64,000 nt of DNA from Candidatus Latescibacterota bacterium (GTDB lineage: Bacteria; Latescibacterota; UBA2968; UBA8231): assembly GCA_965248355.1 (NCBI GenBank), contig OZ252098.1:2496001-2560000 (forward strand), written 5' to 3'. Each line of letters starts with the position of its first letter. Position 1 is the first letter of the stretch. Below, one piece after another: positions 1-8,733 of the stretch. The position numbers and the translations under genes were made by a program. The notes under the pieces were generated by a model. It was not told the DNA's origin, made no database searches, and saw only the letters and a list, made by a program, of their open reading frames with translations.

Positions 1-84
1 CGGCTCTACCCACACCGAGTCCGGCGGCATGGGTTGAGCGAGGGTTGGATCGGAGAACAGGAGCAGGGGGAGGCAGATCCGCAT
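1..84 (-). CDS. 5' end of a probable secreted protein (runs off the window)
   Basis: ATG at 84 with GGAGAG upstream; reads MRICLPLLLFSDPTLAQPMPPDSVWVEP, signal-peptide-like. Confidence 0.45.
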   Translation of the reverse strand, partial: MRICLPLLLFSDPTLAQPMPPDSVWVEP

Positions 85-137
85 CGCTCGGGCAACTCTC
101 CGATCCACTGGTGTTCTCCTCTGCGCCAACCGGTGCA

Positions 138-590
138 TTAGTTCCTAGGCGTCACGTCGGGAAAGAAGGCGGCGATGATCTTCCACTCGCCCTCGATCCG
201 CCCCGTGAACCACACATTGTTGGTGTGGTCCCAGCGGACGTATACCTGGCCGCTGTCCGACCGCCAGCACCCGGACTCCCGCACGACGGAGATGGCCATG
301 TTCCCGCGGACCTCCGTCTTCAGGATCTCCTGCTCCTGCTCGTAGTTGGCGCCCTCGGGCATACGGGTTTCGCCCCACTCCTGCATTTCGCTCTGCATCA
401 AGAACAGGTGGGGCACCCAGTCCATGGGATCCTTCGACTTGCACCCGAACCAGCGAAGATAGCTCTCGTCGTGGCAGGCGCGGACCGCGTCCCAGTCCTG
501 CTCCTTGTGGGCCTGCTGGTAGCGGTTCAGCAGACGGTGGATCTCTTCGATATCGGTCTCGTCTCCGTCCCTGTCGCTGCGGTCAGTCAC
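138..590 (-). CDS. NTF2-like/SnoaL-like (DUF4440-type) protein
   Basis: EEIHRLLNRYQQAHKEQDWDAV...EGEWKII pattern; GTG start after GGAGGG, overlapping the upstream stop. Confidence 0.7.
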   Translation of the reverse strand: MTDRSDRDGDETDIEEIHRLLNRYQQAHKEQDWDAVRACHDESYLRWFGCKSKDPMDWVPHLFLMQSEMQEWGETRMPEGANYEQEQEILKTEVRGNMAISVVRESGCWRSDSGQVYVRWDHTNNVWFTGRIEGEWKIIAAFFPDVTPRN

Positions 591-987
591 TTGGCCCTCC
601 TTGGACATCTGCGGTGAAGGTATAGCCCACGCCGACCGGCACCTCGCGTCTGTCGATCTTGCGGACCACCGACTCCCCAGCTCTCGCTGCCGCCGCGGAC
701 GAGACCGCCCGGCCGTGGCCCTCCTGGGCGGAGGTAGTGGGAATGACGACCGCACAGTCACCGACGTACACGGCCGAGATCGTGCATCCCAGCCCGTTCT
801 TCAACTCTTCCACCCGGGCGGAGAAGGCTTTCAGCAGTTCCCTCCGGCGGCGCGGATCGCCTTCCCTCTGCAACAAGCGGCCCAGGGTCTTCGCGGCGAG
901 GTGATCCGGATCGGCGGGGTGGTACGCGGCCAGCAGCTGTGACAGTTCGTCCCCCGCTCGAGGGTGCTCTGGTTTCATAGCCCTCAC
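583..987 (-). CDS. hypothetical protein at the anti-sigma position
   Basis: Overlaps the ECF sigma stop and the next gene's start; no obvious TM helix. Confidence 0.5.
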   Translation of the reverse strand: MRAMKPEHPRAGDELSQLLAAYHPADPDHLAAKTLGRLLQREGDPRRRRELLKAFSARVEELKNGLGCTISAVYVGDCAVVIPTTSAQEGHGRAVSSAAAARAGESVVRKIDRREVPVGVGYTFTADVQGGPSD

Positions 988-1385
988 TCGATCAAGTCGG
1001 ACAGGTGGGCGCGCAGTTGCCGGCGCGCCGAGTGCAGACGCCAGCGGACCGCCCCTGCGGAGCAGCCCACCGTCTCGGCGATCTCCTCGTAGGAGAGGCC
1101 GTGGTACTCGCGCAAAGTCAGGACGAGGCGGCGTTGGTCGTCAAGGCTCTGGAGGGCCGATTGGATCCTGCTCGCCAGCTCGGCGTCGGGCCTCGATCCG
1201 GCCTCCATGAGCTCCCGGTCGAGAGCGATGTCGCCCTCGATCGACAGGTGCCGCCGGCGCTGGCGGTACTTGTGGTGGTCGCGGACCAGGTTGCTGGCGA
1301 TGGCCCAGAACCACGAGCGGAAACGCCTCGGATCCTGTAGGCCCCGGAGGGACTCGTAGACGCGCACGAAGGTCTCCTGCGCTAG
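984..1385 (-). pseudogene. ECF sigma-70 factor, N-terminally truncated by IS630
   Basis: LAQETFVRVY...FRSWFWAIASN (region 2) and GLSYEEIAETVGCSAGAVRWRLHSARRQL (region 4); frame is cut at CTAG 1382-1385. Confidence 0.9.
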
Positions 1386-2067
1386 TGTCCTGTCGCAGAG
1401 ATGCGCTCACAAAGTCTCTTGACTTTCGCGAGGATGGAATCGGCCGTCGCCGTCCACACGAAGGGCTTGGCGTTGGCGTTCCATTGGGCCGTGAACCGTT
1501 CGATCCGCCCGACGAGCTCCGAGACCTTTCGAAACGAGCCGCGCCGAATCGCCTGGCGGGTGAGGATATTGAACCAGATCTCCACTTGATTGAGCCACGA
1601 AGCATACGTAGGAGTGTAGTGAACGTGAAACCGGGGCCGCCGGGCCAGCCATCGCTTGACCTTGACATGCTTATGGGTGGCGTAGTTGTCGACGACGAGA
1701 TGAATCTCGAGGTCCGCGGGCACGTTGGCCTCGATGTGGCGTAGGAACTGGAGGTATTCCTGGTGACGATGACGGGATTTGCACTGAGTCATCACTTTGC
1801 CGCTGGCCACATCCAAGGCGGCAAACAGGGTGGTCGTGCCGTGCCGCTTGTAGTCGTGCGTCATGCCTTCCACGGATCCCAGGCCCAAGGGCAGCATCGG
1901 CTGACTTCGTTCCAACGCCTGGATCTGGCTCTTCTCGTCGACGCACAGGACCATGGCGTGCTCGGGGGGATTCATGTACAAGCCGGCGAGATCCCGTACT
2001 TTGTCCACGAAGAAAGGATCGGGGGACAGCTTGAAATGCTTGTGTCGGTGGGGCTGCAACCCATAGG
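1382..2067 (-). pseudogene. IS630 transposase, C-terminal DDE part
   Basis: VLCVDEKSQIQAL, HLVVDNYATHK and SWLNQVEIWF motifs. Confidence 0.92.
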
Positions 2068-2296
2068 TGTCAAGGGACAGCCAGATTCGCGCAGTTAGGG
2101 GACACGTAGATTCGCGCACCCCGGATGATCGGGGTCGGTGGTACCGGATCGGTTTTTCTCCCTCCTGAGGTGAGGCGTGGCACCAGGAACGGGGATCGGC
2201 AACGCACCCCGGGTCGGACGCCCCGGTCCCAGCCAGTGACCCTCGTCGAACGAGGGAATGAGATGTCCGCAGTGGTTCGACCATTCTCAGCCCGTG

Positions 2297-2965
2297 TCAT
2301 CGGTCCTGGGCGAGCTGCTGTTCCATGTCCCGGAGGCGGAAGCTTCGGCCGTCGATCTGCAGGACATGGCAGTAGTGCAGCAGACGATCCAGGATGGCCG
2401 TGGCCAGGACCTCGTCGCCGGCCAGCATCTCCGGCCATTCGCGGATGCTCTTGTTGGAGGTGATCAGGGTGCTGCCCCGCTCGTAGCGATGGTTGATGAC
2501 CTTGAACAGCAGGTGAGCCTGGTGCCGGTCCAGGGCCTGGAAGCCGAGCTCGTCGATGATCAACAGACTGGTGGTCATGTACTTGCGCCGGTGCAGCCGC
2601 TGGCCATCGGCGGCCTCGTCGCGGCGGGCCACGTCGACCAGGTGGTCGGCGCTCATGAAGGCCACGGAGAAGCCGTTTTGCACCGCCTTGACGCCCAGCC
2701 CGGCCGCCAGGTGGGACTTGCCCACCCCCGGGGGGCCCAGCAGCAGCACCACCTCCTTGCGGCGCACGAACTCGGAGGTGGCCAACAGGTCGATCTGGCT
2801 CTTGTCGACGCTGTGCTGGAAGGCGAAGTCGAAGGTGTCCAGGGTCTTGCCCCCCGGCAGGCCGGAGAGCTTGAGGCCGGTGCGCACGCGGCGCTCCTCG
2901 CGCGACTCCTGCTCCCGCTGGCAGACCAGGTGCAGGAACTTGGGCAGACTCAGCTCTTCCTTGAC
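2297..2965 (-). pseudogene. istB: IstB ATPase, 3' part
   Basis: Walker A GPPGVGKS, LLIIDELG, TSN and AILDRLLH motifs. Confidence 0.92.
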
Positions 2966-4602
2966 GTAACCGTTCAGTCTCCAGGCTGATGGAGCCGGAG
3001 GCGTGGTGCGGAGAGGCCTACCGAAGGACGGAGCTGGTTTGGGGCAGCAACGACGGCGCCGGCTGTTGATGCAGGGCGGCGTGACAGGCCGTCGTGAGAT
3101 CGTCGAGGACGCTGCGCTGTTGCTGGCGCAGGGTGTCGCGCACCGTGAGCAGGCGCTCCACGAAGCGGCTGCCGTCGGCACTGTGGGTGCCGAAGCTGGT
3201 GTGGCGCCACAACACGCCATGACGAAGGGCTCGTTCGGCCTCGTTGTTGGTCGGCTCGACGCCTTCCCGACGGGCGAAGGTCCACAGCGCCGGCCCCAAG
3301 TCGAGGAGGTTGGCGCAGGTGGCCGCGGTCGAGGCATCGGCGAACTGCTGCCCAAACCACAAGGCCAGACGAACGCGCCCCCGCAGAGTGCGGACATCGA
3401 CCTGGAAGCTGGAGCGTTGCAGGGTGCCGTCGCGCACTCGATGCCACCAGGTGAACATCTGATCGGTGGATTCCAGCAACTGCTGGCCGACGCCGGCGGC
3501 CGGTCCGGCGCGGGCCGAAAAGTCCTCGAAGGTGCGCCGCAGGTGGGCCCAGCACACTTGCCGGCGCGCCGGCGGCCGATGCCCGTAGGCCGAGTACCGG
3601 TCCGAGCCGACCCCCGCCGGGCTGTCGGCGCCGAGCAACTCCTCGACCACCTCCCGGCCGCGGCTGGGGCGAATGGCGAAGACCGAGACGCCCTCTGTCA
3701 CCGCGGTCCACAACCAGGCCCGGCCCCGGCGCTGCCGCCAGCCCGTCTCGTCCACATTGACTCGGGGCTGTTGGCGAACGTAGGCGCAAGCTTCTTGCAT
3801 CGGTTCGGCCAGCGCCGCCGACACCTCTTGCTGCAACGCGCTGACCGTGCCCACCGACAGCTCGACGCCAAAGGCGTCGGACAACAGGGCTGCGATGTTG
3901 CGATGACTCAAGCGGTAGGCGCCGGCCCGCAGGCCGACCCAGGCCTGCACGCTGGGCCCGAAGGTGCGCCGGGACACCCCCGCGGGCCAGTCGGCTTCGG
4001 TCAGCACGTCGCAGGCCGGACAACGCAGCGTGTGCAGCTGATACTCGAGGACCTCGGCTCGCACCGGCGGGATCACGACCTGCTGGTGACGCCGCGGATG
4101 GGGGTCCTCGCCCGTGAGCCGCTGCCCGCATCGGTGGCAGGCGCCGGGCTTGACCGGGATCCACTGGTCCACGCGCCCGGCCGGCATCAGCGCCCGGCCA
4201 TGGCCTTCGTGCCCCGGCGGTCCTCCCGGCGAGCGTCCCGAGGATCGACGCCGGCGGGGGCGGTCGCTGTCCGAGGAGGCCGAGGCTTGGGCGCCGCGGC
4301 GGCTTCGGCCCTGGCGCCGGGCCAGTTCCTGCTCCAAGGCGGCGATGCGGGCGGCCTGTTGCTCCACGATCTGCTCCAGATGCGCCACCCGCTCCCCCAA
4401 GCGGACCACCGCCTCCTGCACCGACGGCGGCGTGCGTTGCCAGTCGCGGTCGGACACCGAAATCTGAGGGGGACTCTCCACGGCCTTGCCCGGGGTCAAA
4501 GGACGCTGTGCCAGCTACCGGTCCCAAGATACCCACAAAGGCCAAATCAGAACAGCGATTTTTCAACATCCGGCTTGGCGCCGTAGGGGACTGAACGGTT
4601 AC
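2966..4602 (-). mobile_element. IS66-family single-ORF (ISBst12-like) element
   Basis: IRs GTAACCGTTCAGTC...GACTGAACGGTTAC; 8-bp TSD TCCTTGAC at 2958-2965 and 4603-4610. Confidence 0.93.
3018..4499 (-). CDS. IS66 transposase, apparently intact
   Basis: Coiled coil, CHRCG and CPAC zinc motifs, VDETGW, SDRY, CWAHLRR, PTNNEAERALR. Confidence 0.92.
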   Translation of the reverse strand: MTPGKAVESPPQISVSDRDWQRTPPSVQEAVVRLGERVAHLEQIVEQQAARIAALEQELARRQGRSRRGAQASASSDSDRPRRRRSSGRSPGGPPGHEGHGRALMPAGRVDQWIPVKPGACHRCGQRLTGEDPHPRRHQQVVIPPVRAEVLEYQLHTLRCPACDVLTEADWPAGVSRRTFGPSVQAWVGLRAGAYRLSHRNIAALLSDAFGVELSVGTVSALQQEVSAALAEPMQEACAYVRQQPRVNVDETGWRQRRGRAWLWTAVTEGVSVFAIRPSRGREVVEELLGADSPAGVGSDRYSAYGHRPPARRQVCWAHLRRTFEDFSARAGPAAGVGQQLLESTDQMFTWWHRVRDGTLQRSSFQVDVRTLRGRVRLALWFGQQFADASTAATCANLLDLGPALWTFARREGVEPTNNEAERALRHGVLWRHTSFGTHSADGSRFVERLLTVRDTLRQQQRSVLDDLTTACHAALHQQPAPSLLPQTSSVLR

Positions 4603-4721
4603 TCCTTGACGGCCCGCTCCAGCAGCTCCGGCAGACTCTGGGAGACCCATTCCAGGCCGAGCTGCGTCAGCAGGGCGCGGGTGTCGTCCAACTCGCTCTG
4701 GGAGGGAGCCCGGGCGGCCAT
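4603..4721 (-). pseudogene. istB: IstB, 5' part
   Basis: ATG overlaps the istA stop (TGATG); rejoins the 3' part in frame to give 259 aa. Confidence 0.85.
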
Positions 4722-6022
4722 CAGCTCCGCCTCCCGGCGCGCTCCACCAGCGCCGCGTAGCCGTCGAGGGGCCGGGTGGGCGCCTGCCAGTCCCAGCTTT
4801 TGGGCAGCACGATCCGCTGGCCGATGCGGCCCAGGGGCGTGGGCGCCTCGAGATGATCCGGCGGCGCGCCCTCGTAACACCGTTGATCGATGAGAAGGCG
4901 GCAGGCCGTATGGCGCGGATAGCTCATCACACAGCGGTCCTCGACGTAGATCTCGACGGTGGCGGCGCAGCCGCGCACCTGCACGGCGCGGCCCACACAG
5001 GCGAAGGGCACGCCGTATTCGCGGCCGTCGAAGCGCACCAGGCCGTCGCGGCCCACCGGCCGCTGCACCTGGGTGTCGAAGGGCGTGGGCAAGGTCTTCG
5101 GCAGCGGCGCCAGGTGAGGCCGTTCCAGCCGCCAGGAATCGGCCACCGACTGGCCGGTCAGTGGACAGCGCAGGCGCTCGGCCGACCCCCGCACCCGCCG
5201 ATCCGAGATCGTCTGCAAGTCGGCCAGGGTCTCGAAGCGCTCGTTGCGCCGGATCAGATTCCAGCGCACGTCGCGCACCCGCCGCTCGACCTTGCCCTTG
5301 TCGGTGGGCCGGCGGATCCGGCAGGCGTCGGGCACGAAGCCCAGCTGCCGGGCGTAGGCGGCGTAGTCGTCGTTGAGGATCGCCCACGGCCCGCCGCGGC
5401 GGGCCACGGCGGTCTTGCAGTTGTCGAAACGCACGCTCCAGGGCACCCCCTGCACCGCCTCGAAGGCGCGATTGTGGGCTTCCTGCCAGGACAGCTGACC
5501 CTGATCGAGCCGCCACTGCACCGACCACATGCGCGAAAAGCTCAGCGACAGGCTGAAGGCGTTCAGCCGCGTGCGGCCGCCCAGCTCACGCACGTGCACC
5601 CAGGGCTCGACCCAGTCCACCTGCGCCTGGCTGCCCGGCCGCACCTCCACCCGCCGCAGGGGGCGCACCTTGGGCGGCCGACGGCGACGGCAAACATAGC
5701 GGGCCACCGCCTTGTAGGTCCCTTGGTAGCCGTGCTCGCGGACCAGGGTGTCGTAGAGAGCCCGCACCGGCTCCGGCCGCTGGCCCTCCTGCAGGCGCTG
5801 TTGCTGCGACTCCATCCAGGCCTGAATCACCCCATCGTGGGCCGCGCACGCCTCCGGCTTGTGCCGGCGCCCGTCCACCGCCCCCTCGGCTCGACGCTTG
5901 AGCCGGTAGCGAAGCGTGCTCTCGGCGACCCCCAACTCCTGGGCCGTCGAGCGAACGCTACGACCGCACTCGGCGGTCAATACTTGCGCACACACGAGAT
6001 CTGCCTCCCGCAACTTGGTCAT
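4721..6022 (-). CDS. istA: IS21 transposase IstA
   Basis: N-terminal HTH; QAQVDW, RFDNCKTAV and KGKVERRV motifs. Confidence 0.92.
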   Translation of the reverse strand: MTKLREADLVCAQVLTAECGRSVRSTAQELGVAESTLRYRLKRRAEGAVDGRRHKPEACAAHDGVIQAWMESQQQRLQEGQRPEPVRALYDTLVREHGYQGTYKAVARYVCRRRRPPKVRPLRRVEVRPGSQAQVDWVEPWVHVRELGGRTRLNAFSLSLSFSRMWSVQWRLDQGQLSWQEAHNRAFEAVQGVPWSVRFDNCKTAVARRGGPWAILNDDYAAYARQLGFVPDACRIRRPTDKGKVERRVRDVRWNLIRRNERFETLADLQTISDRRVRGSAERLRCPLTGQSVADSWRLERPHLAPLPKTLPTPFDTQVQRPVGRDGLVRFDGREYGVPFACVGRAVQVRGCAATVEIYVEDRCVMSYPRHTACRLLIDQRCYEGAPPDHLEAPTPLGRIGQRIVLPKSWDWQAPTRPLDGYAALVERAGRRS

Positions 6023-6135
6023 GCCCGGCCCCCTTGGCTGAGGAACGATTCCTCCAAGGATGGCGCCGGACGCCAGATCGAGGGGTGCGCGAAAGTAGAT
6101 GTCCCTTAAGAGCGAAAATCGGTGGATTCCTTACA

Positions 6136-6537
6136 ATAGGTGCGCCAAATGCGATGGACCGCGTCCTTGGTCAGGCCGGTCTCCTTTCCCATGGAGCGCA
6201 CCGACCACTGGGTCTGGTCCTGGGGCTTGGTCTTCAGCGTCTTGTAGACCACCTCGGCGACCTGCTCGTCCGTGATCGATCGCGGCGCCCCGGGGCGCAG
6301 CTCATCGTGCAAGCCGGCAAGCCCGTGGTCGAGAAAGCGTCGACGCCACTTGCCGACCGTCACGCGCGACACCCCCACGGCCGCCGCGACCGCTTCATTC
6401 GGCCAGCCGTCGGCGGCCAGCAGAACCATCTCGGCTCGCCGCACCAACCCGTGGGGAAGGCTCCGGGATCGGGCCATCGATTCCAATTGCTCTCGGTCCG
6501 ACGGACTCAATTCCAACGGCGGCAATGGACGCCCCAT
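6136..6537 (-). pseudogene. IS630 transposase, N-terminal HTH part
   Basis: ...DAVHRIWRTY joins GLQPHR at 2062 once the IS21 is removed (360 aa in total). Confidence 0.9.
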
Positions 6538-6889
6538 GGCAGGTCTCTCCTTTCAGAAAACGGGACAAGAGAAACCTACGGTACCATCACCTGAATGAAA
6601 AGTTATTTATACGACGAGACACTAGGCGGCAGCGCCGGCCGCCTCCAAAGCCGGTTCCCAACTACCTGGCTCCAGCACAATGAAGACGACCGCCGCTCGC
6701 AAATGGATCAGACGCCGACCTGCCCGCGGCCGGATCTCCACCGATCTGAGCTACCTCACTACCCACATGGTTGCGCATATCAGACGACCCTTCAAATACC
6801 GCTTGCCGCTGTTCACGCCGGCGTATACCTTCGTCGGACAAGTGACCATGGCGCCACTTACCCGAACCCCCTGTTCGTCTACTGTAACA

Positions 6890-6952
6890 CCGTGCCCCCG
6901 GCTCCGGGCCACTCGGCCCTTCGCGCAACCGCTTCGCGGTTCGGGGGCACGG
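6890..6952. repeat. Branched palindrome (REP-like or structured element)
   Basis: 11-bp perfect IR CCGTGCCCCCG/CGGGGGCACGG enclosing GGGCC/GGCCC and AACCGC/GCGGTT hairpins. Confidence 0.55.
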
Positions 6953-7008
6953 AAGACGTGAAGACGGGGTTCATGTTTCGTATTTCTTTAAGGCATGGAG
7001 GTCAAAGG

Positions 7009-7233
7009 ATGAATGAACGAATCATAATCGATCCCTCGATCCGTCATGGCAAGCCAGTGGTGCGAGGGACCCGAGTGCCCGTGCACCGGATTATTGGGAG
7101 CCTTGCAGGTGGGGCAACCCCAGGAGAAGTCTGTGAGGAGTATGGCATTGTCGACGCGGATGTACGGGCCGCTCTTGAGTACGCTGAGGAACTCGTAGAA
7201 TCAGAAGAAGCTCATTCCTTACCTGCATCCTGA
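7009..7233 (+). CDS. DUF433 antitoxin-type protein
   Basis: IIIDPSIRHGKPVVRGTRVPV...DVRAALEYA; GGAGG upstream. Confidence 0.9.
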   Translation: MNERIIIDPSIRHGKPVVRGTRVPVHRIIGSLAGGATPGEVCEEYGIVDADVRAALEYAEELVESEEAHSLPAS

Positions 7234-7239
7234 ATCGGT

Positions 7240-7396
7240 TTGCGGTTCATCATTGACGCTGATCTTCCACGCGCAGTAGCCGGTGTGATCGCCGATTTCG
7301 ATCACGAGTCGGTTGACGTTCGGGACATAGGCATGTCAGCGTCCACTGACGAGCAGATCGCGGAGTATGCGCGCTCGAGAGAGCTGTGCTTCCTAA
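7240..7396 (+). pseudogene. DUF5615/PIN-like toxin, truncated by ISAzo13
   Basis: MRFIIDADLP...HESVDVRDIGM...DEQIAEYA; cut at the IS end. Confidence 0.85.
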
Positions 7397-8693
7397 GGCT
7401 TTGTCACGAAACAGATGATTTACTTCGGTTGGCCGATGTGGGCCGGATCGTGTAGTGCCAATCCCCGTGAAACGCATGGGGCGAGAGATGGATCCGCTCC
7501 ATCTGCTCGTCCTTGACGACCACGCCCTTGGGATACGATCGCTTGTCGATTTCCGCCCGGACTCGAAGCCCTTTCTGCGTCGTCGTCCGGCCGATCAGGT
7601 TGACCACCGTGGCCAGACTGACCAGAGGTTGGCCTCGCCAGTTCTTGGCGATATAGGAGAACAGGCGATGCTCGATGCGGTTCCACTTGCTCGTGCCCGG
7701 CGGATAGTGACAGACCGTGATCGTCAGGCCCGTGCGATCGGCCAAGCGCTGCCATTCCCATTTCCACAGTCGCAGTCTCGGGCCGTTGCTGCCCCCCGCA
7801 TCGGCCGTGATCCACAGGCGGGAGGCCGCCGGGTAGGCGGCCCGTCCCATGCGTTTCCACCAGCTGCGGATGGCGTTCACCGCGAACCCGGCGGTGTCGT
7901 GGTCGACCCCGACGCTGACCCAGCCCTCGTTGCGGCTCAGGTCGTAGACCCCGTAGGGAATCGCCTGGCCCTGGGTGGGGATGATGAAGTCGTGGACCTT
8001 CACGCGCTCCGGATCGCCCTTCGGACGCCAGGCCCGCCCCCCGTTCTTGAAGTTGCCGATCAGTTCCTTCTTCTTGGTGTCCACCGAAATGACCGGCTGG
8101 CCTTGGGCCTGGGCCCTTCGGACCTGGTCGTGGAGATAGTGAAACTGGGCGTCCCGATCCGGGTGTTGGGTGCCTTCTTTCGTCTTGCGATTCGCCTGCA
8201 GCGTGTAGCCGAGCTCGTGCAACAGTCCGTTGACGAGGCCAGGACTCACCGAATGGCCCAGGGCCTGCAACTCGACCGCCAACTTGCGGATGCTCTTCGA
8301 CGTCCATCGCAAGGGGCTGTCGTCCGGCGCCCCGGCGGTGACCGGTTCGAGCAGGGCATTGAGGTCCGACAACAGCGTCACGTCGGTGTCGATGCGCCGC
8401 TTGCGGCCGCCGCCCGGCCGCCGCACACGGCCGGGGTCCAACGGGGCGTCCGACCGCAGTTCCTGCAGGCCGCGAGCGATCCGGGTCCGCGACAGGCCCG
8501 TGGCCCGGGCCACCACGGCCATGCCGCCATGCCCGAGGGCTTGCGCCTCCGACGCGGCCCACAAGCGTCGCGTGCGCTCGTTCAACACCGGCGCCAAGGC
8601 TTCGTATTTCGCCCGCAGGGTGCTTTCCGTGTCCACGCATCAAGGATAACACCCTTCCATCAGAAAGTACAGCATTTATTTCTGCGCAATGCC
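7397..8693 (-). mobile_element. ISAzo13-family element, complete copy 1
   Basis: Imperfect IRs GGCTTTGTCACGAAACAGATG and GGCATTGCGCAGAAATAAATG; TAA on both flanks. Confidence 0.9.
7404..8636 (-). CDS. ISAzo13 transposase
   Basis: VISVDTKKKELIG, ITADAGGSN and PPGTSKWNRIEHRLFS motifs. Confidence 0.93.
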   Translation of the reverse strand: MDTESTLRAKYEALAPVLNERTRRLWAASEAQALGHGGMAVVARATGLSRTRIARGLQELRSDAPLDPGRVRRPGGGRKRRIDTDVTLLSDLNALLEPVTAGAPDDSPLRWTSKSIRKLAVELQALGHSVSPGLVNGLLHELGYTLQANRKTKEGTQHPDRDAQFHYLHDQVRRAQAQGQPVISVDTKKKELIGNFKNGGRAWRPKGDPERVKVHDFIIPTQGQAIPYGVYDLSRNEGWVSVGVDHDTAGFAVNAIRSWWKRMGRAAYPAASRLWITADAGGSNGPRLRLWKWEWQRLADRTGLTITVCHYPPGTSKWNRIEHRLFSYIAKNWRGQPLVSLATVVNLIGRTTTQKGLRVRAEIDKRSYPKGVVVKDEQMERIHLSPHAFHGDWHYTIRPTSANRSKSSVS

Positions 8694-8733
8694 TAACGAG
8701 AATACCACCCCTTATCCGTCCTATCCTTCTGAC

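Larger units (their letters stand above)
2068..6135 (-). mobile_element. IS21-family element, interrupted by IS66
   Basis: TG...CA ends with ~55-bp imperfect IRs; 5-bp TSD ATAGG at 2063-2067 and 6136-6140; istA and istB present. Confidence 0.93.
1382..6625 (-). mobile_element. IS630-family element, interrupted by IS21
   Basis: CTAG at both ends; imperfect IRs TAGTGTCCTGTCGCAGAGAT and TAGTGTCTCGTCGTATAAAT; split transposase. Confidence 0.92.

Noticed and set aside
2297..3397. 366-aa IstB with a long N-terminal extension
   Set aside because: The extension is IS66 sequence; the true IstB start is at 4721
6595..7008. N-terminal extension of the DUF433 ORF
   Set aside because: Starts inside the IS630 end; the RBS and family start point to 7009
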